A stretch of 64,000 nt of DNA from Verrucomicrobiota bacterium (GTDB taxonomy: Bacteria; Verrucomicrobiota; Lentisphaeria; Lentisphaerales; Lentisphaeraceae), in contig JBDKFG010000011.1 in assembly GCA_039798785.1 (NCBI GenBank), forward strand, positions 1 to 64,000, given 5' to 3'. The first letter of the stretch is position 1. Each line of letters begins with the position of its first letter. The translations under genes were made by a program, and so were the position numbers. Under the pieces are notes generated by a model that was not told the origin of the DNA, did not search any database, and was given only the letters and a program-made list of their open reading frames with translations. This document shows, piece after piece, positions 47,737 to 57,164 of the stretch.

Positions 47737-48822
47737 ATGACCGGCTTCTTCGGCATCCTTCCCCGCTACGTCCTGCGGCTGGTCATGCTGCCGACCTTGT
47801 GCAGCTTCCTCGGCTTCCTCTTCATCTTCCTCATCGGCGACATGCAGGACAAGCTGGGCGACATGCTCAAGCTCGGCGACAGCACCGCCGTGGTGATCTA
47901 CTTCGCCTGCATCCTGCCGGAGAAGTTCGAGGTCATCCTGCCGATGTCACTCCTCCTCGGCACCATGTACTGCTTCGCCGGAATGAACCGCAACAACGAG
48001 ATCACCGCCATCCGCGCCTCCGGCGTGTCGCTGCTCAAGCTCTGCCTGCCTATCCTCCTCTTCGCTCTCTTCCTCTCCGGACTGACCTTCCTCAGCAACG
48101 AGAAGCTTCTCCCCTCCAGCCGCGCCATCTCCGAGAAGATCCGACTCCGCGCCGAAGGCGACGACACCGACAAGCAATTGCGCCACTTCAGCGTCAAAGA
48201 CAAATCCGGCCACCGCCGCAAATGGAGCCTCAGCCCCGGCAGCGGCCCGAGAAGCTTCGGCTTCCTTATTGTCAGCGAAATCGATGAGAAGGGACACCTG
48301 CTCTGGGATGTCACCGCCCAAAAAGGCGAATACTTCGGCAGCCGCTGGCGCTTCGATCAGGTCGAACGCGTCGAATACCTCCCAGGCCCGGCCATCAAAC
48401 GCAGCGAACAGCTCGACTCCCTCTTCCTCGACGTCGGCGACGACCCCTCCGCCCCGACCCTCAACAGCCAGCTTGAAACCCGCCTCAGCATCAACCAGAT
48501 CGACGCCATCCTCGCCAATCCCGCCGCCAGCATCACCCCCAGGCAGCAGACCGAGCTGATCGCCATGCGCTGGAACAACATCTTCTCCCCCTTCGCCTGC
48601 CTCGTCGCCATCCTCCTCGGCATCCCCCTCGCAGTCACCGCCCAGAGGCAAGTCGCCCTCGCTGCCACCGCCAAGGCGCTCGCCGTCATGATGATCTACT
48701 ACGTCGTCCGCGAACTCAGCATGCACCTGAGCATCAACGGCAAACTCCCCCCAGAACTCGGCGCCGCCCTTCCCGTCCTGACCTTCGTCAGCCTCGGACT
48801 CATCATCAGCGCCCGCAAATAG
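47737..48822 (+). CDS. LptF/LptG family permease
   Basis: 'ILPRYVLR', 'NNEITAIRASGVSL', 'PFACLVAILLGIPL'; 3+3 TM layout. Confidence 0.9.
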   Translation: MTGFFGILPRYVLRLVMLPTLCSFLGFLFIFLIGDMQDKLGDMLKLGDSTAVVIYFACILPEKFEVILPMSLLLGTMYCFAGMNRNNEITAIRASGVSLLKLCLPILLFALFLSGLTFLSNEKLLPSSRAISEKIRLRAEGDDTDKQLRHFSVKDKSGHRRKWSLSPGSGPRSFGFLIVSEIDEKGHLLWDVTAQKGEYFGSRWRFDQVERVEYLPGPAIKRSEQLDSLFLDVGDDPSAPTLNSQLETRLSINQIDAILANPAASITPRQQTELIAMRWNNIFSPFACLVAILLGIPLAVTAQRQVALAATAKALAVMMIYYVVRELSMHLSINGKLPPELGAALPVLTFVSLGLIISARK

Positions 48823-48903
48823 AGTCCTTAAAAACAACTTGAAAAAGACAAATTCGACATTATTGATAAACCTTAGAAAAGCTTGAATTCGGAAGGATGT
48901 CCC

Positions 48904-50544
48904 ATGAAGGAACTGAGCAAGGAAAATCAGCAGACGCTTGAACGGATCCGTCGCGAGAAGGAGCTGAAGGAGCGTCTGGAGCGAGTGCCGAAGCTGCGTC
49001 CTTTGCAGGTGATCATTCCCGTCGGATTGCTGCTGGTGGTGATCGGGCTTTCGGTGACCTTCAGCCTGAGTGCCGACAAGAAGCCGCGGACAAGCGGCAA
49101 TCCTTTGATGACGGCGAAGGGGCGCGAGGCGCCGCTGATCGCCAAGCCGGCGCTCCCTGCCGATTTGGAAGCAGTGCCCGGAGCGAGGCTGGTGGATGTG
49201 CCTGAGAAGATTCCGCTGGACGGGGTGCGCGAGGCTTTGAAGAAGCAGGAGGAATGCAGCCTGCAGCGCGGCCTGCCGGTAGAGGTGAAGAACCGCTTCG
49301 GCATCAGCTTCCGCCTTGTCCCGGAGGGCAGTTTCCTGATGGGCTCACCGCCTTCCGAGGCCGGGCGCACCGATCTCGAGGAGCTGCACAGCGTCCATAT
49401 CGCCAAGCCCTTCTACATGAGCGTCACGGAAGTGACGCAGGAGCAGTGGCACGCGGTGATGTCGATCTGGGCCGAAGAGCAGTTCGCATCTCTGCCGGGG
49501 CTCAGTCCGGAGCAGCGGCTCATCGTCCAGACTCGCCTCGGGGAGATCGGTCGTCCGGCTTACCAGGTGGTCCAGAAAGGCATGGCTTCCGCCGATCCCT
49601 CCATCGTCGCTCTCTGCCAGGCCGCCTCACTCGACATCGCTCGCCGCCTCAACGACGATCCCTACCGGCCCGATTACGCTGCCGCCTGGATCAGCTTCCT
49701 CGACTGCCAGGAATTCCTCCGCATTCTCAACCGCGAGCTCGGGCTCGCCCCCTACACCTACAGCTTCGCCTCCGAAGAACAGTGGGAATATGCCTGCCGG
49801 GCCGGCACCACCACGCCCTGGTCCTTCGGCAGCAGCTTCCTCGACTCGGCCCATTACATGTCCTGCCAGGAGACCGACTCGGTCCACCTTCCCGCCGGCA
49901 GCCGCGCCCCCAACGCCTGGGGCCTGCGCGACCTGCACGGCGGACTCTACGAATGGACCGGCAGCCCGATCTTCCACTATGAGTGCGGGCCGGAATTCTT
50001 CGCTGACGACGGCTATCCCGAGGGCGATCTGCCCATCGTCAACTCGGCCGGCGAATGGGCGAGCAAGGAGAATTTCCGTCTCGCCCGCCGCACCAAGGGG
50101 ATCCAGCAAGGGATCTACTTCATCGATCGCAACAAGGACGGCGGCTTCAATCTCGGCGAGATGATCTTCGCTGACGATGCGGTGGTCAGCCCAGGAACCT
50201 TCGAGCCCGGCAAGGACCTTGTCATCTTCAACGGCGGCATCACCAACCAGAAGCCTGAGACCTATGCCGGCGAACGCGGCATCACCGGCAAGCTGCGCTA
50301 TCAGGATATCAACGAGAACAGCCGCTGGGACAAGGGCGAACCGGTCTGGCAGACTTCGATGTTCCTGCGCAGCGGGGACGCCGGTTGGTACGCCGTCCGC
50401 GGCGGCCGCTGGTCCGACAAGATGATCGACTGCCGCTCGGCCCTGCGCTACAAATTCGCCAACACCTCGCGCGGCCCAGGCCTCGGCCTGCGCCTCGTCC
50501 GCAATCTCCATGACGCCCCCGCCTACGATCCCTCGCAGCCCTGA
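48904..50544 (+). CDS. Membrane-anchored FGE-sulfatase (SUMF1) domain protein with insertions
   Basis: 'FLMGSP', 'TEVTQEQW', 'EEQWEYACRAGT', 'PNAWGLRDLHG', 'RGGRW...GLRLVR'. Confidence 0.85.
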   Translation: MKELSKENQQTLERIRREKELKERLERVPKLRPLQVIIPVGLLLVVIGLSVTFSLSADKKPRTSGNPLMTAKGREAPLIAKPALPADLEAVPGARLVDVPEKIPLDGVREALKKQEECSLQRGLPVEVKNRFGISFRLVPEGSFLMGSPPSEAGRTDLEELHSVHIAKPFYMSVTEVTQEQWHAVMSIWAEEQFASLPGLSPEQRLIVQTRLGEIGRPAYQVVQKGMASADPSIVALCQAASLDIARRLNDDPYRPDYAAAWISFLDCQEFLRILNRELGLAPYTYSFASEEQWEYACRAGTTTPWSFGSSFLDSAHYMSCQETDSVHLPAGSRAPNAWGLRDLHGGLYEWTGSPIFHYECGPEFFADDGYPEGDLPIVNSAGEWASKENFRLARRTKGIQQGIYFIDRNKDGGFNLGEMIFADDAVVSPGTFEPGKDLVIFNGGITNQKPETYAGERGITGKLRYQDINENSRWDKGEPVWQTSMFLRSGDAGWYAVRGGRWSDKMIDCRSALRYKFANTSRGPGLGLRLVRNLHDAPAYDPSQP

Positions 50545-50656
50545 GATGCTCGGGGCGCCCGGGGCTCATGAACTCTCGCATTCCCCTTGAGTCTGCTTCT
50601 AGCGGAGCTAGATTGCGCACCTCATTCCTTCATCCAGCCTTTCCCCGGAGCCCCCC

Positions 50657-51109
50657 ATGTCCATCGAAGCCCAAATCGCCCAAGACCTGAAAGCCGCCAT
50701 GATCGCCAAGGATCAGTTCCGCCTCGCCGCCGTGCGCGAGATCAAAGGGGCCATCATCAAGCTCTCCACCCTCGGCACCGGCGCCCCCGGCGACGAAGAC
50801 ATCCTCAAGGCGATCAAGACCCTGATCAAAGAGAAGAACGAAACCCTCGAGCACGCCCGCAAAGCCGAGCGCGCCGAGATGATCGCCGAAGAGGAGGCCA
50901 AGCTGAAAGTGCTGCAGAGCTACCTGCCCGCCGCGCTCAGCGAAGCCGAGCTCAAGGCGATCGTCGCAGCCGCCGTGGCCAACACCGGCGCCAAGACCCA
51001 GAAGGAAATGGGCCTGGTGATGAAGGCCGCCCGCGAAGCCATCGCCGCCACCGGCAAGGATTCCGACGGCAAGACCCTTTCCGAGCTGATCAAGGCCGCT
51101 CTCTCCTGA
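50657..51109 (+). CDS. GatB/YqeY domain protein
   Basis: 'DLKAAMIAKD', 'YLPAALSEAEL', 'KEMGLVMK'. Confidence 0.9.
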   Translation: MSIEAQIAQDLKAAMIAKDQFRLAAVREIKGAIIKLSTLGTGAPGDEDILKAIKTLIKEKNETLEHARKAERAEMIAEEEAKLKVLQSYLPAALSEAELKAIVAAAVANTGAKTQKEMGLVMKAAREAIAATGKDSDGKTLSELIKAALS

Positions 51110-51723
51110 TGGACCTGGCTCTGCCCATCGTTCTCTTCGGTGCCGTCGATTTCGAGCAGACCCTGCTCGGGCTCCGCGGCCATCTCCTCGTCCTGCCGGT
51201 TTGCGCCGTCCTCACCGCCCTGCCGGTCTTGGCCCTCGCCGCCGCCTTCCTGCGCGTCCGCAGCCCTGAGGCCGCCAGCCGCTTCAGCCGCGAACGAATC
51301 GCCGGAGCCGTCCTCGCCAGCTTCGCTCTCCTCTGGGGCGGCCTCGAGGCCCACATCCTCCTCGGTCAGGACTTCGGCATGATCACCCAGCTCCTTCCCT
51401 ACCTGGTGCCGGCCGCCATCGTCGCCACCGCCCTGTGGATGGATTACCTCCTCGCCCGCGCCCTCGCCGGCATCTTCCTCCTCCTCGTCTGCCAGCTCCT
51501 GCCCCTCGCCTTCGCCGCCGCCGTTCCCGGACGCCTCTGCCTCGCCCTCTCGCTCTACCCCCTCGCCATCGCCGCGATGTTTGTCCTGGGGCAGCCTTGG
51601 CGCCTCCGCGATTGGCTCGAAAAGACCGCCAGCCGCCCCGCCCTCGCCAAGGCCGCCGCCGCCGGACTCGGACTCGCCACCCTCGCCTTCGTCATCCCGG
51701 GACTCCTAGGCCATGTTCGCTGA
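51109..51723 (+). CDS. Hypothetical membrane protein
   Basis: Multi-TM; 'DYLLARALAG', 'PWRLRDW'; overlaps both neighbours. Confidence 0.7.
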   Translation: MDLALPIVLFGAVDFEQTLLGLRGHLLVLPVCAVLTALPVLALAAAFLRVRSPEAASRFSRERIAGAVLASFALLWGGLEAHILLGQDFGMITQLLPYLVPAAIVATALWMDYLLARALAGIFLLLVCQLLPLAFAAAVPGRLCLALSLYPLAIAAMFVLGQPWRLRDWLEKTASRPALAKAAAAGLGLATLAFVIPGLLGHVR

Positions 51724-52402
51724 ATTCGTCCAGCGCGATGCCGCCCTCCTGACCCGTTGCGGACTCCGCGACAGCCTCGAGGTCTTCCTCCCCAAGGCCG
51801 AAGCCCTCGCCCGTGAAGTCCTGCGCCTCAATGCCCTCCACAACCTGACCCGGATCACCGAGCCGGAGCCTTTCTGGACCCGCCACATCCTCGACTCGCT
51901 CCTCGGCGCCACCGCCCTGCCCGGCCTTCTTGACGGCAGCCTCCAGGGAGAAGTCCTCGACATCGGCTGCGGCGGCGGTTTCCCCTGCCTTCCCTTGGCC
52001 CTCGCCAACCCCTCGCTCCGCATCACCGGTATGGATTCCGAGGGCAGCAAGGTCGAATCGGTCCGCGAGGCTGCCAAGACCCTCGGCCTGCACAATCTCC
52101 AGGCGGTCAAGGACCGCGCCCGCGAAGCCGGCCGCAAGCCCGAATTCGCCGGCCGTTTCGCCGTCATCACCGCCCGCGCTGTCGCCGAGACCGGTGAGCT
52201 CATCCCGGAAGTCCGCAAGATGCTCGCCCCCGGCGGCCTCTTCTTCCTCTACAAAACTCCCGAAGCGGTGGAAAAGGAAATGGCCCTCGCCAAACGCGAA
52301 GCGGCCAAGGCCAAGCTCGAACTCAGCTTCTCCGACATCATCGACCTCGGGCCGGCCGGGAAGAGACAGTTTGTCAGCTGCAGGGCCTCGGTCGGATCAT
52401 GA
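51713..52402 (+). CDS. rsmG: 16S rRNA m7G527 methyltransferase
   Basis: 'HNLTRIT', 'HILDSL', 'LDIGCGGGFP', 'TARAVA'. Confidence 0.93.
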   Translation: MFAEFVQRDAALLTRCGLRDSLEVFLPKAEALAREVLRLNALHNLTRITEPEPFWTRHILDSLLGATALPGLLDGSLQGEVLDIGCGGGFPCLPLALANPSLRITGMDSEGSKVESVREAAKTLGLHNLQAVKDRAREAGRKPEFAGRFAVITARAVAETGELIPEVRKMLAPGGLFFLYKTPEAVEKEMALAKREAAKAKLELSFSDIIDLGPAGKRQFVSCRASVGS

Positions 52403-52863
52403 GGTTTTGGGGATACATCCTGATCTTAGTTGCGATGGTCTCATTCTTTGTCTTTGGTCGTGAAATCTACCAGTATTCTCAATCCCAAGATTGGCCATCG
52501 GCTCCTGGAGTTGTTATAAAATCCGGGATTAGCAAGAAAGATTCAGGACGCCGCGGCAAAAGTTCCAGTGTCTATATCAGTTATTCCTTTCAAGTGAATG
52601 GAACGGGATATACTGGGCATAGATATTCATTTTTTTTCGATCATGATGACATCAAGAATCGCGACTCCTTTCTGGCGGAGCATCAACCAGGCAAGGTCAT
52701 CAAGGTTTTCTATAATCCAGAGAAAATTGAAGACAATGCGATGTCCCTAAGCTTTCCCACGACTTTCTACATCCGCTTGGCCATAATGGTGATCGCATTT
52801 ATTGGCGGGGTCTGGATTTTTCTGTATGACAAGAAAAAAAGATCGCGCCGCAAGAAAACATGA
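52399..52863 (+). CDS. DUF3592-like membrane protein
   Basis: 'SQDWPSAPGVV', 'YSFQVNG..YTG', 'VFYNPEK'; low GC. Confidence 0.8.
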   Translation: MRFWGYILILVAMVSFFVFGREIYQYSQSQDWPSAPGVVIKSGISKKDSGRRGKSSSVYISYSFQVNGTGYTGHRYSFFFDHDDIKNRDSFLAEHQPGKVIKVFYNPEKIEDNAMSLSFPTTFYIRLAIMVIAFIGGVWIFLYDKKKRSRRKKT

Positions 52864-52869
52864 AAAATC

Positions 52870-53415
52870 TTGGAGAAATGTTTCTCATGGCAATGCACAA
52901 ACATTTTTTCCTCCATCATGCTATTGGGCGTTGTTTTGGGTTTGCTTGTCGCCATTCTGATCGGCTGCTTCACCCCTCTCTTCCTTGCGTATGTTTGTGC
53001 GTTTTGGGCCCTCATTCTCTTTGGCGCGATCAGTTTTTTGACTGGATCGTGGTATGTCGGCATTCGGCGTAGTGGCGGCCAAGCGCGATCCTGGCTCTTG
53101 CCAACGGCCAAGATCACTGCCTTCCTGGTTCTGCTCAGCCTTGTGCTCGTTGTTAGTGCCTATACAGCCGGAAAACGCCGGGAGCGCGTGGCGATCTATT
53201 ATGCACTTCGCGTCGATCCTGCTATCGAAGCCTGGAAGCTCAGAAATGGTCGCTATCCCGCCAAGCTTGAGGAGGTGCCGAATTTGCCGCGAGCGCCGCG
53301 ATTTTTGCGCCATAGCATCAGCAGTGACGGCAAGTCATGGAGTCTAAGCTACTCCGATGGCGGCTTCGGTTTTTGGTTTTACGATTCCCAGACCAAGACT
53401 TGGATTCGAGACTGA
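52870..53415 (+). CDS. Membrane protein, paralog X1 (start uncertain; alternative ATG 52918)
   Basis: Aligns along its length with 56586-57104; three TM segments plus 'NGRYPAKL'. Confidence 0.75.
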   Translation: MEKCFSWQCTNIFSSIMLLGVVLGLLVAILIGCFTPLFLAYVCAFWALILFGAISFLTGSWYVGIRRSGGQARSWLLPTAKITAFLVLLSLVLVVSAYTAGKRRERVAIYYALRVDPAIEAWKLRNGRYPAKLEEVPNLPRAPRFLRHSISSDGKSWSLSYSDGGFGFWFYDSQTKTWIRD

Positions 53416-53467
53416 TTTTCGCTTGGCACGAATCTGTGAATACTCGAGAATAACTAAGGAACCCTCC

Positions 53468-54523
53468 ATGAAATCCGACTTCATCGCCATCATCCTGGTC
53501 TGTTGGGCTATTGGTTGTTCCACGCAAAAGCCCCGGGCGAGCTTCAATGACCGGGTCGCGGCTGAACAGCTGCAAGAGGCTGCCAAGCTGGGCTCTGTCG
53601 AAGAAGTGAAACGACTCATTGCTGCGGGGACCGCCTGTGATGTCGCCAACCAGGATGGCCGTTTGCCCATCCATCTGGCCGCCGGAAGAGGCCACGTTGA
53701 AGTGGTGAAACTGCTGCTGGATGCGGGCGTCAAGGTCGACGCAAAGGCCAAGGATGGCAGCCAGGCGATCCATCATGCGGCCTATAAAGGCCAAGACGAA
53801 GTGGTCAAGTTGCTTATTGCGGCGGGAGCCGAGGCCGATGCCGACAGCCTTGGCGAGCCTTCCAGCCAGCCGATTTTTGAAGCGGCGGCCAAGGGCCATG
53901 CCGGCGTGGTCAAGATTCTTCTGGCTGCGGGAGCCAAAATCGACCGCAGAGGAAAAGATGGAGCGCAACCGATTCACGGTGCGATCCTCGATGGCCAACT
54001 GGAAACGGTGAAGCTTCTCCTAGCTTCGGGTGCTCGTTTGGATGCTCAGATCCACAGCGGCGCCCAGCTCTTGGATGCGGCGGCATATAGCGGCTATCCC
54101 GACATCGTCAAGGAACTTCTGGCTGCGGGTGCCAAGGTGGATGCCTGTGATAGAAAAGGCCGGCAAGCGATCCATGTCGCCGCTATGAAGGGCCATCTTG
54201 AGATCTTGCATATACTTTTGGCGGCTGGCGCCAAAGTCGACGCCCAATCAGACATGGGCGGTCAGCCGATTCACGAAGCTTCCTGGGCCGGGCATGTCGA
54301 AGTGGTCAAAGTTCTCCTTGCCGCTGGAGCCAAGGTCGATGCCTCCTACCAGGGAAGTCAGCCGATTCATGCTGCTGCGATGGGCGGCCATGGTGCCGTG
54401 GTCAAGCTTCTGCTCGCGCAGGGTGCCCAATTGCAGGCTCAAAACCGCCAAGGAAAAACTCCTCGTGCCCTCGCGCTTGAATGCGGGCATCAGGCGCTTG
54501 CAGCCGAGTTGCAGGGCCTTTGA
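53468..54523 (+). CDS. Ankyrin-repeat lipoprotein
   Basis: RBS TAAGGA; lipobox 'AIGC'; about 9 'PIHxAA..GH..VVKLLL.AGA.VD' repeats. Confidence 0.92.
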   Translation: MKSDFIAIILVCWAIGCSTQKPRASFNDRVAAEQLQEAAKLGSVEEVKRLIAAGTACDVANQDGRLPIHLAAGRGHVEVVKLLLDAGVKVDAKAKDGSQAIHHAAYKGQDEVVKLLIAAGAEADADSLGEPSSQPIFEAAAKGHAGVVKILLAAGAKIDRRGKDGAQPIHGAILDGQLETVKLLLASGARLDAQIHSGAQLLDAAAYSGYPDIVKELLAAGAKVDACDRKGRQAIHVAAMKGHLEILHILLAAGAKVDAQSDMGGQPIHEASWAGHVEVVKVLLAAGAKVDASYQGSQPIHAAAMGGHGAVVKLLLAQGAQLQAQNRQGKTPRALALECGHQALAAELQGL

Positions 54524-54536
54524 GTCGTTTGCTTCT

Positions 54537-54728
54537 TTGGCACGAATCCCGCTTGTAGCCGCCTCCTCACAGGAGACTTCTTCATGCTCGGCACCTCGCT
54601 TTCCTCCTGGCCTTCCTACTCCGAAGAAGAGGCGGCACTGGTCTCCCAGGTGCTGCTCTCCAACCGGGTGAACTACTGGACCGGACGGATCTGCCGCGAC
54701 TTCGAGGCAGATTACGCGGCGCATTGCC
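54537..54728 (+). pseudogene. Duplicated promoter and 5' fragment (48 codons) of the DegT-family gene
   Basis: Near-identical to 57118-57309; truncated at 54728. Confidence 0.9.
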
Positions 54729-54806
54729 GAACTCAGCTTCTCCGACATCATCGACCTCGGGTCGGCCGGGAAGAGACAGTTTGTCAGCTGCAGAGCCTCG
54801 TCCTGA
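54728..54806 (+). pseudogene. Duplicated 3' end of rsmG with alternative stop
   Basis: 54728-54800 matches 52318-52390 with 2 substitutions; ends CRASS* rather than CRASVGS*. Confidence 0.9.
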
Positions 54807-54876
54807 AAGCTTTGCAGAAACTTGTCTAAGCTCGCTTCGAGCCTATACTTTCGGATCAAATTTCCGGGATCCTTTT

Positions 54877-56556
54877 ATGCCTTTCCTCAATACCAGCAGC
54901 TCCGAGTTCCGTAAGCTCCGAGAGAGCGGCGCTTATCTGGTCGACAAGTCGATGATCGTCCGTGATCTCCTTGATGCGGAAGACTCGATCCTCATCGCCC
55001 GTCCCCGTCGCTTCGGCAAGACCATCAACATGAGCCTGATGCAAGAGTTTTTCCGCTGCGACAAGCAAGATCACCAGGAGCTCTTCAAGGGCATGAAGAT
55101 CCTCGATGATGCCAAGGCTTGCGAGCATATGGGCAAGCACCCGGTGATCTTCATCACTCTCAAGGACTGGCAGCCGGGTAAACTGACTGAGCTACAGGAT
55201 AAATTGACCAAGACCATGGCGGAGCTGATCAGTCACTTCGATTATGCCCTGCCCTCACTGAATGCCTCCGAGATCCAGGGACTGGAGCTTGTCCAAAAAC
55301 GCCAGGGTAGCCTCGCCGACTTGCAGGACTCGCTGCGTCTCCTCGGCAAGGCCCTCCATCTCCACTGGGGGCAGCCTCCGGTGATCATCGTCGACGAATA
55401 CGACTCGCCCATTCACGCCGCTTATGAAGGCGGCTTTTATCCCCAGGCGATCAAGTTTCTGCGTCCTTGGTTCGCCGCCGCCTTCAAGGGTAACGAAAAT
55501 CTCTTCAAGGGCGTCCTCACCGGCATCCTGCGGATCTCTAAGGAATCGCTATTCTCCGGCCTCAACAACATCAAGGCCTACACCCTTCTCAGCAGCCACA
55601 GCGCCCGCTTCCAAGACAAATTCGGCTTCACCGAGGCAGAGGTCGGCCAGTTCCTTTGCGACTTCGGCAAAGCCGATCACATCGCCAATTGCCGTGCCTG
55701 GTACAACGGCTACACCGTCGGTGACGCCGTGGGCATCTACAATCCCTACTCGATCGCCAACTTCGTCGCTGATGTCCATTCCCGATTCCAAGCCCACTGG
55801 GTCAACACCTCGGGCAATGTCCTGATCTGGACCAGCCTTGAAAAAGCCCGTCCGCACCTGCAGGAAGCGATGCAGAAAATCCTCGCCGGCGAAGCCGTGC
55901 GCATCGAGGTCAATGAAGCCACCGCCCTCAGCGAACTTCCCTCTTCCGCCGCCGTCTGGTCGCTCTTCGTCCACTCCGGTTACCTCAAGGCCAGCGAGGG
56001 CCGCTGCGTCGACGGACAAACCAGCTTTCTCCTTGAGCTGCCCAACTTTGAAATGATCGAGGTCTTCCGCGGCTTCGTCACCCGCAGCTTCGAAAAAGTC
56101 GGCTTGGAACGGGATCAGATGCCCTTCGTCTTGCTCCGCGACGACAAGTTCGACAAGCTTGAAAAACTCCTGCGTGAATACTTCCTCGCCTGCGGCTCCT
56201 ACTATGACTTGAACCAGAGCCAGGAACAATTCATCCACGGCCTTTTCTTCGGCATCGCCGTCCACCTGCGCAGCGACTACCTCATCGAATCCAATCCCGA
56301 AAGCGGTGAAGGCCGCGCCGACATCCTGATGATCCCCCGCAATCTCGACTCGGGGCTCAGCGCCAAGATCATCGAGTTCAAAATCGCCAAGGGCCGCGAA
56401 TCCCTCAAGTCCGCCTTGGCTCACGCTTTCCAGCAGATCGACTCGAAAGATTACGCCGCCAAGGTCCGTGAAGCCGGCTGCTTGAAACTGACCCAGATCG
56501 GCATCGCCACCAAGGGCAAGTCGATCGCCATCGAAGTGCGGCGGATGGACTCATAA
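54877..56556 (+). CDS. AAA-ATPase-like protein with C-terminal PD-(D/E)XK nuclease domain
   Basis: 'YLVDKS', 'RPRRFGKT', 'DEYDSP', 'SGLNN', 'WYNGY', 'ESGEGRADI...IIEFK'. Confidence 0.9.
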   Translation: MPFLNTSSSEFRKLRESGAYLVDKSMIVRDLLDAEDSILIARPRRFGKTINMSLMQEFFRCDKQDHQELFKGMKILDDAKACEHMGKHPVIFITLKDWQPGKLTELQDKLTKTMAELISHFDYALPSLNASEIQGLELVQKRQGSLADLQDSLRLLGKALHLHWGQPPVIIVDEYDSPIHAAYEGGFYPQAIKFLRPWFAAAFKGNENLFKGVLTGILRISKESLFSGLNNIKAYTLLSSHSARFQDKFGFTEAEVGQFLCDFGKADHIANCRAWYNGYTVGDAVGIYNPYSIANFVADVHSRFQAHWVNTSGNVLIWTSLEKARPHLQEAMQKILAGEAVRIEVNEATALSELPSSAAVWSLFVHSGYLKASEGRCVDGQTSFLLELPNFEMIEVFRGFVTRSFEKVGLERDQMPFVLLRDDKFDKLEKLLREYFLACGSYYDLNQSQEQFIHGLFFGIAVHLRSDYLIESNPESGEGRADILMIPRNLDSGLSAKIIEFKIAKGRESLKSALAHAFQQIDSKDYAAKVREAGCLKLTQIGIATKGKSIAIEVRRMDS

Positions 56557-56585
56557 ATGGACTCGATCGGAAAGGCGGATCTTGC

Positions 56586-57104
56586 ATGAAAATCAAATTA
56601 GCATTTGCCATATTGGGTTTGTTATCCGCCATTCTGATCGGCTGCTACACATCCTTGCTCCTCTCATTTGTTTTTGCGTTTTGGGGCGTCGTCCTCTTTG
56701 GCTCGATCAGTTTTTTGACTTGGTCCTGGTATGTCGGAATTCGCCGGACTGGCGGCGAGGCGAGATCATGGCTCTTGCCAACGGCCAAAATCACGGGCTT
56801 CCTGGTTCTGCTGAGTGCAGTTCTCGTTATCACGACATTTGCTGCGCAAAAACGCCGGGAAAGTGTGGCGATCTATTACGCACTACGCATCGATCCCGCT
56901 CTCGAAGCCTGGAAGCTTAAGAATGGTCGATATCCCGCCAAGCTTGAGGATGTGCAGTGTTTGCCGAGGGCTCCCCGGTTTTTGCGCCAAGCGCATAGCT
57001 ATAGCATTAGCAGCGACGGCAAGTCCTGGAATCTGTGCTTCTCTGACGGTGGCTTCGGCCTTTGGTTTTACGACTCCCAAACCAAGTCTTGGTGCCGAGA
57101 CTGA
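56586..57104 (+). CDS. Membrane protein, paralog X2
   Basis: Paralog of 52870-53415; lower GC. Confidence 0.78.
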   Translation: MKIKLAFAILGLLSAILIGCYTSLLLSFVFAFWGVVLFGSISFLTWSWYVGIRRTGGEARSWLLPTAKITGFLVLLSAVLVITTFAAQKRRESVAIYYALRIDPALEAWKLKNGRYPAKLEDVQCLPRAPRFLRQAHSYSISSDGKSWNLCFSDGGFGLWFYDSQTKSWCRD

Positions 57105-57117
57105 TTGGCTGAATTCC

Positions 57118-57133
57118 TGGCACGAATCCCGCT
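57118..57133 (+). promoter_or_regulatory. Probable sigma-54 promoter for the DegT gene (copy at 54538-54553)
   Basis: TGGCAC-GAATC-CCGCT: GG and GC correctly spaced, but the -12 box is imperfect. Confidence 0.55.
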
Positions 57134-57164
57134 TGTTGCTCCCCTCATCACAGGAGATTCCTTC

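Noticed and set aside
50380..50510. FGE-sulfatase C-terminus as a diversity-generating retroelement variable region
   Set aside because: No template repeat copy or reverse transcriptase seen in the window.
54584..54829. 81-aa ORF as a functional protein
   Set aside because: Chimera of the degT 5' fragment read out of frame into the rsmG copy.
54724..54876. N-terminal extension of the AAA-ATPase in the ORF track
   Set aside because: Derives from the duplicated rsmG segment; family-like sequence begins at ATG 54877.
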